Shown here piece by piece: positions 10,435 to 19,845 of a DNA stretch of 64,000 bases. Numbering within the stretch: the first letter of the stretch is position 1; each line of letters opens with the position of its first letter. Source of the DNA: an uncultured Acidimicrobiia bacterium (GTDB taxonomy: Bacteria > Actinomycetota > Acidimicrobiia > Spongiisociales > ZC4RG35); the NCBI GenBank assembly GCA_964195405.1, contig CAXMPK010000029.1, positions 33,229-97,228 on the forward strand, in the 5' to 3' direction. The notes below the pieces were generated by a model, which made no database searches, was not told the DNA's origin, and saw only the letters and a program-made list of their open reading frames with translations. The position numbers were made by a program, and so were the translations under genes.

Positions 10435-11511
10435 TTAACTCCAGGGCATCCCAAATTGACGGACACCGATGGCAATAGTCGAGACGACCAGCCATGCCAG
10501 GGCAGCGGGGATCAGCCGCTTCCATCCGAGGGTCATCAACTGGTCATAACGCAGGCGGGGCAGGGTGGCCCGGAGCCAGAAGAACAGAAAGACAATTAGA
10601 TAGGTCTTGAGCAAGAACCAGACGGTTGGGAGCAACCCTGAGATGAACCCCGGCAAAACCGTCTCGAATGTCGGGCCGTTCCAACCACCCAGGAAAAGGG
10701 TGGCAGCGATGGCGGACATCGAGAATATGTTTATGTATTCGGCCAGGAAAAACATGGCGAATCGCATACCCGAATACTCGGTGTGGAAACCGCCGACGAT
10801 CTCCTGTTCGGCCTCAACAAGATCAAAGGGGGCTCGATTGGTTTCGGCAACGATCGCGATGAGGAAGATCACAAACGCGGCGATCTGGGGAAAGATGTTC
10901 CATCTGGGAATGAAACCGGCCCAGGTTCCTGTCTGTCGTTCCACTATCTCGGCTAGAGAAAGGGTGCCCCCGTCACCCTGGGTTGCGCTGTAGACAACCA
11001 CAGCAACCATCGCCAGCCCCATCGCCGCCTCATATGAGATCGCCTGTGCGGTGGCTCGCACCCCGCCGATCAGTGGATACTTGGAGCCGGAGGACCACCC
11101 GGCCAGAACCACTGCATAAACGGCCAGAGAAGACATGGCGAGGATGAAGAGCAGGCCAATGTTGAGGTCGGCACCCTGGAGGGCCACTTCGTAGTCACCG
11201 ATCATGAAAGGCTGACCCCACGGAACCATCATGAATATGAGGAACGCAGGGATCACTGCCAAGAATGGGGCGAGGAGGTACGTACCCAGCTCTACCTTGC
11301 GAGGAACCACCGACTCCTTGAAAAACAGCTTCAGCCCGTCGGCGACTGTCTGAAGAATCCCCCATGGACCGGCCCGGGAAGGGCCGATTCGGCTCTGCAT
11401 GTCAGCGACGATCTTTCGCTCGGCCCAGACGTTGATCACCGTCACGACCAAGAGCAGCGCAAAGGTGAGCACGACCCTGAGGACGACAATTCCGAACTCT
11501 GGCCAACTCAC
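10435..11511 (-). CDS. nuoH: NADH-quinone oxidoreductase subunit H
   Basis: 358-aa polytopic protein (ERKIVADMQSRIGPSRAGPWGILQ, APFDLVEAEQEIVGGFHTEYSG). 4-nt overlap with nuoG. Confidence 0.92.
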   Translation of the reverse strand: MSWPEFGIVVLRVVLTFALLLVVTVINVWAERKIVADMQSRIGPSRAGPWGILQTVADGLKLFFKESVVPRKVELGTYLLAPFLAVIPAFLIFMMVPWGQPFMIGDYEVALQGADLNIGLLFILAMSSLAVYAVVLAGWSSGSKYPLIGGVRATAQAISYEAAMGLAMVAVVVYSATQGDGGTLSLAEIVERQTGTWAGFIPRWNIFPQIAAFVIFLIAIVAETNRAPFDLVEAEQEIVGGFHTEYSGMRFAMFFLAEYINIFSMSAIAATLFLGGWNGPTFETVLPGFISGLLPTVWFLLKTYLIVFLFFWLRATLPRLRYDQLMTLGWKRLIPAALAWLVVSTIAIGVRQFGMPWS

Positions 11512-13943
11512 TTCGACACCACCGTCACCCTGACAACAGGGTCGGTGCCTAGCCGAGAACCACCAGCCTGGTTGAACGGAACATAAACCACGCCCTTCGG
11601 CGTCCCCTCGTCCAGTACAACTGTGAACTGTCCTTCACCCTGACTGGTCACCACACGCGCTTGGTGTCCGTCTTTGGCTCCCAGCTTTGGAGCATCTGCC
11701 GGGTTGACGTGGGCGACCGCCCCCGGCGCAAGCTTGTGCAGAGATGGAGAGTGCCGGAGCCTCACTCCATCGTCGTACATCGTGCGTGCAATATGAAGGG
11801 TCAGTTCTGCTCCTGGGGCCGCTGAACCCCTTATCGCAACCGGGATGTGATTAATCGCTTGCGCCCCGTGAATCGGCACGACCACACCGTCGCGCTTTTC
11901 CCATTCGAGCACGTCCCAGGTGACGTCTTCGTATGCCGGGGCCACCACCGAGATCTCTTTGTTGATCGTCTCAGCCGACGCCAGGCCGAGCTGGCATTCC
12001 ATCGATGTGGCGATGTCGTCGAGGATCGCCCAATCCGGTCGTGCTTGACCGGGGGCGGGCCGGACTTGGTTGACCTTCTGGACACGCCCCTCAATGTTGG
12101 TGATCGTTCCCGTCTTTTCGGCAAAGCCCGCCGCCGGGAGGATCACGTCCGCGTTCCGGTTTGAGTCGTTGAGAAACATGTCGATCGAAACGACATACTC
12201 GGCGGCATCGAATCCGGCGGCAACGATCGACGGGTCCGGCACATCCCGCATGGGATCAGCGCCTACCAGCAATAGGCCTCGAACGTCACCGGTATCGAGT
12301 GCCTCGAGAATCGACCTCGCGTCCCTCCCCGGAACCTTGGGAAACGCGCCCCACGATTCGGCGAGGTTGGCACAACCGACCGAGTCGAGACCCACCCGAC
12401 CCGGGAGAAGATCGGGAGCAAGACCCATGTCCAAGGCGCCAAATGTGTTGGAACGACTGTTCAAAGCGAGAAGAGTGCATGTTCCAGCCTTCTGCCTGAC
12501 CAAGGCAGCAACCGACTCGGCCAAGTCGGGACCGTCGGCATGGCTTGCGATTCCGACAAGGGCAACAACACCGTCCGCCGAGAGGGCTTGAGCGACGTCC
12601 TCGTGTTGGCCATTTGCGATCTCATCCAGAAGCTGGAAGCCACCACCGGGCCGGTATTCGACCTTCAAGGTGGCACGGTCATCGAGGCCGGTAGCACGGG
12701 GGTGGATCACCACCAGAGTCTTTCCCAACTCTTGAACGGCACGCCGAACGCGTAGATAGAGAGTGGGATGCTCCTCTTTGAGATCGGGACCCCAGATGAG
12801 GATGGTGTCGGCCCTATCGAGGTCTGAAATCGTGGCTCGGTCGACTGATGCCGCAAGAAAATGGGATGACAACCCGTCGTCCATCCGGGAATCGACATTG
12901 TTCGTGTTGAGAACGATCCGAGCGAACTTGGAGAGGGCATAAGCATCCTCGTTGGTGCCATTGGCGCCGCCTATCACCCCCAGTGCGCCACCACCGTCTT
13001 CCTCCTTGATGAGATCAAAGCGGGTTGCAACGATGTCGAGCGCCTCAGGCCAGCCGACCTCAATGAGGTCGCCGCCACGACGTACCAGCGGGGTGGTGAG
13101 TCTGTCTTCGGACCTGAGATGCTCAAACCCGAATCTCGCCTTGTCGGACAACCAGCCGTGGTTAGTGGCGTCGTTGTCGACACCCATGTACCGAAGGATC
13201 TCGTTATGGCTGGCGTGGATCTCGATGCGAGGATGAGCGGTGTCCTGCACGGAGGAGCTTTCCACCTTCTGAAGGTCCCATGGGCGAGCCCGGAAGCGAT
13301 AGGGCTTGGCGGTCAGGGCCCCCACCGGACAGATCTGAACGGTGTTTCCCGAGAAGTACGACGAGAAGGGCAGGTCGGGAAATGTGTTGATCTCGGTCTC
13401 ATTGCCCCGGTCCTGGAACTCGATGAGCGGGTCTCCAGAGATCTCGTCGGAGAAGCGTGTGCATCGCGCACAAAGGATGCACCGCTCGCGGTCGAGCAAG
13501 ACCAGATCGGAGATGGGGATCGGCTTCTCATATGTGCGCTTGATCTCCACAAACCGTGACTCGCCTGGGCCGTAGGCCATGGCTTGATCCTGAAGTGGAC
13601 ACTCCCCACCCTTGTCACACACTGGACAATCCAGAGGGTGGTTGGCGAGGAGGAATTCCAGAATGGCTTCTTGAGCCTTTTTGACGTCGTCGCTCTTGGT
13701 GTCGATCACCATGCCGTCAGCGACGTTGTCGGTGCAGGCGGTGACCATCATCGGTCCCCGGGGGGTCTCGATCTCGACAAGACACATCCGACACATCCCG
13801 ACCGGGTTCATACGCTCGTGCCAGCAGAAACGCGGGATATATGTGCCCTGGTCCTGAGCAGCCTTGATCATCAGATCCCCTTCGGGGACTTGCTTCTCAA
13901 CGCCATCGAGGGTGATCGTTATGAGCGGGGGCTGATCGGTCAT
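11508..13943 (-). CDS. nuoG: NADH-quinone oxidoreductase subunit G
   Basis: N-terminal Fe-S Cys clusters (CWHERMNPVGMCRMCLVE, HPLDCPVCDKGGECPLQD, CILCARCTRF) followed by a molybdopterin-oxidoreductase-like domain. 811 aa. Confidence 0.92.
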   Translation of the reverse strand: MTDQPPLITITLDGVEKQVPEGDLMIKAAQDQGTYIPRFCWHERMNPVGMCRMCLVEIETPRGPMMVTACTDNVADGMVIDTKSDDVKKAQEAILEFLLANHPLDCPVCDKGGECPLQDQAMAYGPGESRFVEIKRTYEKPIPISDLVLLDRERCILCARCTRFSDEISGDPLIEFQDRGNETEINTFPDLPFSSYFSGNTVQICPVGALTAKPYRFRARPWDLQKVESSSVQDTAHPRIEIHASHNEILRYMGVDNDATNHGWLSDKARFGFEHLRSEDRLTTPLVRRGGDLIEVGWPEALDIVATRFDLIKEEDGGGALGVIGGANGTNEDAYALSKFARIVLNTNNVDSRMDDGLSSHFLAASVDRATISDLDRADTILIWGPDLKEEHPTLYLRVRRAVQELGKTLVVIHPRATGLDDRATLKVEYRPGGGFQLLDEIANGQHEDVAQALSADGVVALVGIASHADGPDLAESVAALVRQKAGTCTLLALNSRSNTFGALDMGLAPDLLPGRVGLDSVGCANLAESWGAFPKVPGRDARSILEALDTGDVRGLLLVGADPMRDVPDPSIVAAGFDAAEYVVSIDMFLNDSNRNADVILPAAGFAEKTGTITNIEGRVQKVNQVRPAPGQARPDWAILDDIATSMECQLGLASAETINKEISVVAPAYEDVTWDVLEWEKRDGVVVPIHGAQAINHIPVAIRGSAAPGAELTLHIARTMYDDGVRLRHSPSLHKLAPGAVAHVNPADAPKLGAKDGHQARVVTSQGEGQFTVVLDEGTPKGVVYVPFNQAGGSRLGTDPVVRVTVVSK

Positions 13944-15376
13944 GAGGCGCCCCCGACACGATCCACATCTTCGCCTGTCATTTCTGGGGGACGACCCCCA
14001 GAACCCCTCCCGCCGCTCGTTGAGAGATCCTCTTCACTGCGGCGGTCACCTTCATTGGTCCCGTCTGGTGCCCCTCGCGTCGTAGGCAGAAATGGACACC
14101 CGCCCGCATCTACGTGAGCATCGACCTCGCCGCGGAAGTAGCTCCTCAGCGCCATGATCGGGGAGACAGCCGAAGGCCCCAGCGGACAGATCGTGGTCAT
14201 CCTCGGGGGCCAGGCGAGACCAATGCTGATCCCGTCGGAAACATCAACCATCAGATCGAGGTCAACAGCCCGGCCCTGGCCTTCCTCGATCCGACGCAGG
14301 ATCATCTCCAGCCAGGTGGTGCCTTCGCGACAGGGTGTGCACTGGCCACAAGACTCATGGGCGAAAAACCGGACGATCCGCTCTGCTGCCCTCACCATGC
14401 AGGTGTTCTCGTCCATGACAATCACGGCACCGGAGCCAAGCATCGAACCGGCCGCGGCAGTGGCCTCTTTGGTGACCTCCAGGTCGAGATGCTGGTCGGG
14501 AACAAACCAGGGTGCAGAGGCGCCACCGGGGATCCAGGCCTTCAATTTCTTGTCGCCGGTGATGCCACCACCGATGTCGTAGATCAGCTCGCGCCAGGTA
14601 ATCCCATGTGGAAGCTCGTAGTTGCCGGGCCTGTTGACGTGGCCTGATAACGACATCATGAAGGTGCCCGTGTCGTCGTTGCCGGTGAGCTCGGCGTACT
14701 CACCGGACCCCATCGAGAGGATGTGGGGCAAATTGGAGACTGTCTCAACATTGTTGACGATCGTCGGCATCATGTAGAGGCCTTTGGCCGCCGGGAAATA
14801 GGGTGGCTTGAGCCGGGGCTCGCCACGCAGCCCTTCGAGGGAGTTGATCAACGCTGTTTCCTCACCACAGATGTAGGCGCCTCCACCGAGATGAACGGTC
14901 ACCTCCAGGTCGTAGTCAGATCCAAAAATCCCCTGCCCCAAGTATCCGATCGCATAGGCCTCGTCGATGGCGGCTTGCACACGTCTCGCCGGTTTTGGGT
15001 ACTCGCCACGTATGTAGACGAAAGCATGATGAGCCTCGTTGGCGACTGCGGTGATGATGATCCCCTCGATCATCTGATGAGGATCGCGCTCCAGCAATTG
15101 ACGGTCCTTGAAGGTCCCGGGTTCCGACTCGTCGGCATTGATCACCAGATAGGAAGGTCGGGCCGGGGCAAGGAAGCTCCACTTCAGGCCGGCCGAGAAC
15201 GCGGCCCCGCCACGTCCGAGAAGGCGGGACGCCTTGACTTCTTCGACCAACTCTTCGCGGGACGAGTCCATGGCACGTTTTGCCTGGATGTACCCACCTG
15301 TGGACTCATAACGATTGAGAGTGTGTGAGTCGGTTGGATGATCGGTCATCCGTCTTGTGACCAGAAGTGTCGTCAA
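13940..15376 (-). CDS. nuoF: NADH-quinone oxidoreductase subunit F with Gly/Arg/Glu-rich C-terminal tail
   Basis: GRGGAAFSAGLKWSF (FMN/NADH site) and ESCGQCTPCREG (4Fe-4S). TTG start in a TTGA overlap with the nuoE stop; ATG at 15349 is the alternative. Confidence 0.9.
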   Translation of the reverse strand: MTTLLVTRRMTDHPTDSHTLNRYESTGGYIQAKRAMDSSREELVEEVKASRLLGRGGAAFSAGLKWSFLAPARPSYLVINADESEPGTFKDRQLLERDPHQMIEGIIITAVANEAHHAFVYIRGEYPKPARRVQAAIDEAYAIGYLGQGIFGSDYDLEVTVHLGGGAYICGEETALINSLEGLRGEPRLKPPYFPAAKGLYMMPTIVNNVETVSNLPHILSMGSGEYAELTGNDDTGTFMMSLSGHVNRPGNYELPHGITWRELIYDIGGGITGDKKLKAWIPGGASAPWFVPDQHLDLEVTKEATAAAGSMLGSGAVIVMDENTCMVRAAERIVRFFAHESCGQCTPCREGTTWLEMILRRIEEGQGRAVDLDLMVDVSDGISIGLAWPPRMTTICPLGPSAVSPIMALRSYFRGEVDAHVDAGGCPFLPTTRGAPDGTNEGDRRSEEDLSTSGGRGSGGRPPEMTGEDVDRVGGAS

Positions 15377-15996
15377 CCGCCACCCTCACTTCCAACGGTG
15401 CCCAGCGGTTGGAACGCCGGGTATGGGCCTATCGCACCGTCCTCCTCGCTGATGCCCCAGTCGAAGCTGCGGGGGCCGCCAAAAAGCTCTTGCATTTCGT
15501 CGGTGTTGACCACTTTTGGTCGAGCGGTCCGGAGCCACCTGACAAGCTCACGTGCCTTCTCCGGTGTCACGCCTTCGATCAACTCATAATTGACCTGGAC
15601 GGCCGGGGCGCCACCGCACGCACCGATGCATTCGACGTGTTCAACCGAAAGGAGGCCCTCGTCGTCTGTCTCTCCATGGGGCACACCGGACTCATCCTCC
15701 ACAGCCCCCAAAATGTCATCTCCCCCAAGAAGCATGCAGGAGATCGAGGTGCAGCAGGAGAGGAGGTATTCCCCGGTGGGCTCGCGTTTGTACATCGTGT
15801 AGAAACTGGCGACAGACCTGACCTGGGCGGGTGTGATCCCGCACCAGACCGCCACTTCAGCCATTCCATCATTGGTCAAATAGCCGTCTTCTGCCATAGC
15901 CAAATAGAGCAGGGGCATGACCGCAGATCTCTTCTCCGGGTATCGGGAGATGATTTCGCGGGCCCGTTCCTGGGTGGTCTCGGACCATAGACTCAT
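15373..15996 (-). CDS. nuoE: NADH-quinone oxidoreductase subunit E (2Fe-2S)
   Basis: From MSLWSETTQERAREIISRYPEKRSAVMPLLYLA. Cys ligands in CCTSISCM and CIGACGGAP. The upstream part of the 260-aa track ORF overlaps the preceding gene and is not used. Confidence 0.88.
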   Translation of the reverse strand: MSLWSETTQERAREIISRYPEKRSAVMPLLYLAMAEDGYLTNDGMAEVAVWCGITPAQVRSVASFYTMYKREPTGEYLLSCCTSISCMLLGGDDILGAVEDESGVPHGETDDEGLLSVEHVECIGACGGAPAVQVNYELIEGVTPEKARELVRWLRTARPKVVNTDEMQELFGGPRSFDWGISEEDGAIGPYPAFQPLGTVGSEGGG

Positions 15997-16056
15997 CGAA
16001 GGCGGAGAATAGGGGTTCGGAGGAGTGCTAGTGAAACCAGGTTCAAGCCATTTTTC

Positions 16057-16093
16057 TGAACCAAAATGTCGATCCAGACACAGATTTGGTTCA
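16057..16093. repeat. 9-bp perfect inverted repeat (TGAACCAAA-N19-TTTGGTTCA) in an AT-rich spacer, overlapping the stop codon of the kinase-aminotransferase gene
   Basis: Read directly: 16057-16065 tgaaccaaa and 16085-16093 tttggttca. Lies in the 94-nt gap between the inserted gene and nuoE. Confidence 0.6.
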
Positions 16094-18328
16094 TAAACGG
16101 GCCATCGAGTCCTCCAATGCCTCGATGAAATGGTCGACATGGCTGTGTTGAGCAATCAGCGGCGGGCGTAGTTTCAGAATGTGACGTGCTCCCCCGGCCG
16201 CACCCACCAGCACGCCGGCGATCCTCATCAGCTCAATCAGCTGCTTTGTTGCAGCCGTGGCCGGCGTTTTTGTGTCCCGATCGGTCACCAGTTCCAGACC
16301 CACCAATAGACCGGATCCGCGAACATCCCCCACCAGCTCGTTCTTTTCAGACAACCCCCTCAACGAATCTCTCAGATACCTTCCGACCACAGCGGAGTTC
16401 TCCACCAGATGCTCGCGTTCGATCACATCGAGCACGGCAAGTCCAGCGGCACACGAAACCGGGTTGCCGCCAAATGTGGAGAACAAAGATGAGTCGGCCA
16501 TAAATTCGTCGAGGATCTCCCGACGGGTGACCACCACACCAAGGGGCACTCCGTTGCCAACAGGCTTACCAAGAGTGACGAGGTCGGGGACAAACCCCTG
16601 ATGTTGATGCCCCCACATCACCCCGGTACGGCCAAACCCGGTCTGGACTTCATCGGCCACCACAAGACCGCCCTGGGAGCGGACGGCATCGGAAACAGTG
16701 GCAAGGAAGCCTTGCGGAATCGTCGGAATTCCGTTGGAGGTGAGTGCAGGATCGACAAAGAAGCCGGCCAACCCGTCGATGTCTTCAATTTCGGGAGAGT
16801 TCGCTCGCCCCCGATATGAGTCGGGCGGAGCCAGAGTGATGACGTTGGAGTCACCGGAACTGTCTGCATCGGTGATGGCCAAAGCTGCCTCGGTCAGTCC
16901 GTGATAGGCGCCCTCCATCACCAGCAGACGGTTGGCCTTCGACCGATGCTTGAGGATCTGGCTGGCAACGTCATTGGCTTCACTTCCGGAATTGACGAAG
17001 AGACACACGTCGAGATCGTGATTGAGCATCGCGGTGAGGCGCTCGGCGTATTCGACAGCAGGTGAATAGAGGTAGCGAGTGTTGGTGTTCAAGGTGGCCA
17101 GCTGCCGACTCACCGCGTTGACCACTTGGGGATGGTTGTGACCCACCGTTGGCACGTTGTTGTAGAAATCGAGATATCGCCGACCGTCGGACCCATCCAT
17201 CCACATTCCCTTGGCGGCGACCACGTGCAGCGGATTCACGTAGAAGTGGGGTGAGTTTTCCCCAAAGAGCGAGGTCCTCTGAGTGGCGAGGTCGGTCCCA
17301 TGTTGACGAGACAGACCAAGCACTCGTTTGATCTCGTCGGTCAACCCGGGCGCGGCAGCCACGGTCGATGCGATCCGCTCCCACAGCAACTCCTGATCCG
17401 ACCCGTAGTGGCTCTCGTCGGGGAACAAGCCGGCTCTCGCCGCAACGATGGTGGTGCCCATTGCCAAACGGGCCAGGACCAGATCGTAGAGAACATCCAC
17501 TTCGGCGGTCTCGAGAGGTGTCACCGAGTCGTAGCCGAGCACGATGTCGATGAGAGCCTCGGCGGCCCCATTCGGTCGGCCGGAGGGATCTGCGGCCACT
17601 GCAATCTCGGCGATGAGCGGACCGTAAACCATATCTCCAAAGTCGATGATCCCGGCTATTTCAGCCGGGTTCCCCGGGTGGACCACGAGATTCGAGGTGT
17701 AGACATCCTGATGGATCAGTTGATGGCGAAGACCCAAGCAAGCAGGGATGGTGTGGTCGCGGACCTGCTCCAGGATGGCGACCACGCTACGTCGGGCACC
17801 TTCATCGGAGATGTGATCGACTTGGTCGAGAAGTCGCGGCACTCTCATCAGATCCCAGGGATGATCCTGATTGGCAGCCGGGTGAAAAAATCCGCGAAGT
17901 GCCCTGTCCAGCCGTGCCACGGCCGCGCCAGTGTTGTACCGAAACTCGGGAGTGTCGTACTCGGGTCGGTCGGCAACAACGCCGTCGAGAAATGACATCA
18001 GACGTACGACGTGTGAGGCTCCGTCAGCTGTTTCGATCCTTGCCTTGTCGTCACCCGTGAGAGTTGGCACCGACCGAGGCACCGGAAAGGTCGGATCGAC
18101 TCGCTCGATGTGTTTGAGGGCCTGAATCTGGAGGTCGACAACCGACTCGTCTTCGTCGGCGTTGCAGATCTTGAAGAGATAAGAGATGTTTTCGGTGTCA
18201 ACACGGAAGTTCTGATCTCGCTCGCTTTCGAGCATCAGGAAATCACCAGTGACGCCATATTGGGTATCGAGAAGGTTGGCGGCCTCGGTAAGAGCCAAAT
18301 CCGGTGAGTTGCGCTTCAGGAACTTCAT
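16091..18328 (-). CDS. fusion protein: APH/choline-kinase-type phosphotransferase domain plus class-III PLP aminotransferase-fold domain (AGXT2L-like phospho-lyase type)
   Basis: N-terminal ~330 aa carry the kinase catalytic loop HQDVYTSNLVV and IIDFGD. The C-terminal part carries SGSEANDV, ADEVQTGFGRTG and the TLGKPVGNG Lys motif. 745 aa. Sits between nuoD and nuoE. Confidence 0.8.
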   Translation of the reverse strand: MKFLKRNSPDLALTEAANLLDTQYGVTGDFLMLESERDQNFRVDTENISYLFKICNADEDESVVDLQIQALKHIERVDPTFPVPRSVPTLTGDDKARIETADGASHVVRLMSFLDGVVADRPEYDTPEFRYNTGAAVARLDRALRGFFHPAANQDHPWDLMRVPRLLDQVDHISDEGARRSVVAILEQVRDHTIPACLGLRHQLIHQDVYTSNLVVHPGNPAEIAGIIDFGDMVYGPLIAEIAVAADPSGRPNGAAEALIDIVLGYDSVTPLETAEVDVLYDLVLARLAMGTTIVAARAGLFPDESHYGSDQELLWERIASTVAAAPGLTDEIKRVLGLSRQHGTDLATQRTSLFGENSPHFYVNPLHVVAAKGMWMDGSDGRRYLDFYNNVPTVGHNHPQVVNAVSRQLATLNTNTRYLYSPAVEYAERLTAMLNHDLDVCLFVNSGSEANDVASQILKHRSKANRLLVMEGAYHGLTEAALAITDADSSGDSNVITLAPPDSYRGRANSPEIEDIDGLAGFFVDPALTSNGIPTIPQGFLATVSDAVRSQGGLVVADEVQTGFGRTGVMWGHQHQGFVPDLVTLGKPVGNGVPLGVVVTRREILDEFMADSSLFSTFGGNPVSCAAGLAVLDVIEREHLVENSAVVGRYLRDSLRGLSEKNELVGDVRGSGLLVGLELVTDRDTKTPATAATKQLIELMRIAGVLVGAAGGARHILKLRPPLIAQHSHVDHFIEALEDSMARL

Positions 18329-18368
18329 CTGGCTTGCTCGAGAAGGAAAGGTCTACAGATCAAATAGC

Positions 18369-18490
18369 GAGCTCATCGTTCTGCAAACCGATCTCATCGG
18401 TCGACAGAAGGATCTCATCGTTCTTCAAACCGATCTCATCGGTCGACAGAAGGATCTCATCGTTCTTCAAACCGATCTCATCGGTCGACG
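18369..18490. repeat. 42-bp tandem repeat, 2.9 copies, last copy overlapping the nuoD 3' end
   Basis: Unit is gatctcatcgttcttcaaaccgatctcatcggtcgacagaag. Copies lie at 18369-18410 (40/42), 18411-18452 and 18453-18489. Each contains the reverse complement of GTCGACCGATGA (Val-Asp-Arg-stop of nuoD). Confidence 0.95.
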
Positions 18491-19845
18491 TCACCCATCA
18501 CCGGGTCCATCGAGGCGATGGTGGCCACAGTGTCTGCCATCAGGCTGTCGGCCATGGTGATCGGCAACGACTGAAGGTTGTAGAACGAGGGTGCCCGAGT
18601 GTGCATGCGATAGGGGTTGGCCTTCCCATCGGAGACCAAATAGCAGCCCAACTCACCCCTTGGGGACTCGACAGCCACATAGGTCTCACCGGGCGGAACC
18701 TTGAAACCCTCTGTGAACAGCTTGAAATGGTGGATCAACGCCTCCATCGACTCGTCGATCCGTGCCCGGGGTGGGGGAGTCACCTTGCGGTCGTCGACGC
18801 GATAGTCGCCTTTGGGCATCGCATTCATCACCTGCTCAACGATCTTGAGTGACTCGACGATCTCCAAGACCCTGACCCGATAGCGGTCGTAGACGTCGCC
18901 GTTCTCACCGGTGATCACCTCAAACTCATACTTCTCGATTCCCGAATATGGGAAGACCTTCCGCAAATCCCAGTCGACGCCGGTGGCCCGAAGGATTGGC
19001 CCCGTGATCGAAAAGGCGATGGCTTCCTCCTGAGAAATCACGCCGACGCCACGGGTTCGGGCAAGCCAGATCGGGTTTTCCTTGAGCAGATCGTCGTACT
19101 GGTCGAGTCGCCCGGGGAGGTCGGCAAGAATCGCCGAAACGTCGTCTTTCCAACCCGGAGCCAGATCGGCGGCAACTCCGCCGGGACGGATGTAATTGTG
19201 ATTCATCCGAAGGCCGGTGGTCTTCTCGAAGAACGCAAGGATCGATTCGCGCTCACGAAATCCGTAGAGCATCATTGACAAAGCCCCGATGTCCATGCCG
19301 TTGGTGGCCAACGCCACCAGATGCGATGAGATCCGGTTGAGTTCGGTCATCAGGATCCTGATCGCAGCTGCCCGCTCCGGTACTTCGATGCCCAAGAGAC
19401 TCTCAACAGCAAGCGAGTAAGCCAGCTCACAGTGAAGTGGCGCCAGATAGTCCATACGGGTGACGTTGGTGGGTCCTTGACCAAAGGTGAGCTGCTCGGC
19501 CGTCTTCTCCATACCGGTATGGAGGTATCCGATAATCGGCTTGGTCCGGCGGATTATCTCGCCTTCGAGCTCAATCTGGAGACGCAACACGCCATGAGTC
19601 GAAGGATGTTGTGGCCCCATGTTGACAATCATCCGGTCGTCGTCCGCGACCTCGTCGTCGAACACGTAATCGTCTTCGACCACCGAACCAAACTGCTCGG
19701 CGAGACGCTCCTTCGACTCAGCCGAACCGATCTCCTGATCACCCTCGGTCGTCGGCTGGAACTCAGCCTCCTCGGTTCCGGCAACCCAGAGATCCACAGT
19801 CTCGGGCGTCTCGTTTGCGCTGTCGATCGTCGTCTCGTCAGCCAT
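18478..19845 (-). CDS. nuoD: NADH-quinone oxidoreductase subunit D
   Basis: NMGPQHPSTHGVLRL, ends ...MGDVDR. About 70-aa acidic N-terminal extension. Start overlaps the nuoC stop (TGATG). Confidence 0.92.
   Translation of the reverse strand: MADETTIDSANETPETVDLWVAGTEEAEFQPTTEGDQEIGSAESKERLAEQFGSVVEDDYVFDDEVADDDRMIVNMGPQHPSTHGVLRLQIELEGEIIRRTKPIIGYLHTGMEKTAEQLTFGQGPTNVTRMDYLAPLHCELAYSLAVESLLGIEVPERAAAIRILMTELNRISSHLVALATNGMDIGALSMMLYGFRERESILAFFEKTTGLRMNHNYIRPGGVAADLAPGWKDDVSAILADLPGRLDQYDDLLKENPIWLARTRGVGVISQEEAIAFSITGPILRATGVDWDLRKVFPYSGIEKYEFEVITGENGDVYDRYRVRVLEIVESLKIVEQVMNAMPKGDYRVDDRKVTPPPRARIDESMEALIHHFKLFTEGFKVPPGETYVAVESPRGELGCYLVSDGKANPYRMHTRAPSFYNLQSLPITMADSLMADTVATIASMDPVMGDVDR

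Noticed and set aside
18369-18490. Possible CRISPR array
   Set aside because: The 42-bp units are directly contiguous with no unique spacers. There are only about 3 copies and no cas genes nearby. This is a simple tandem duplication.
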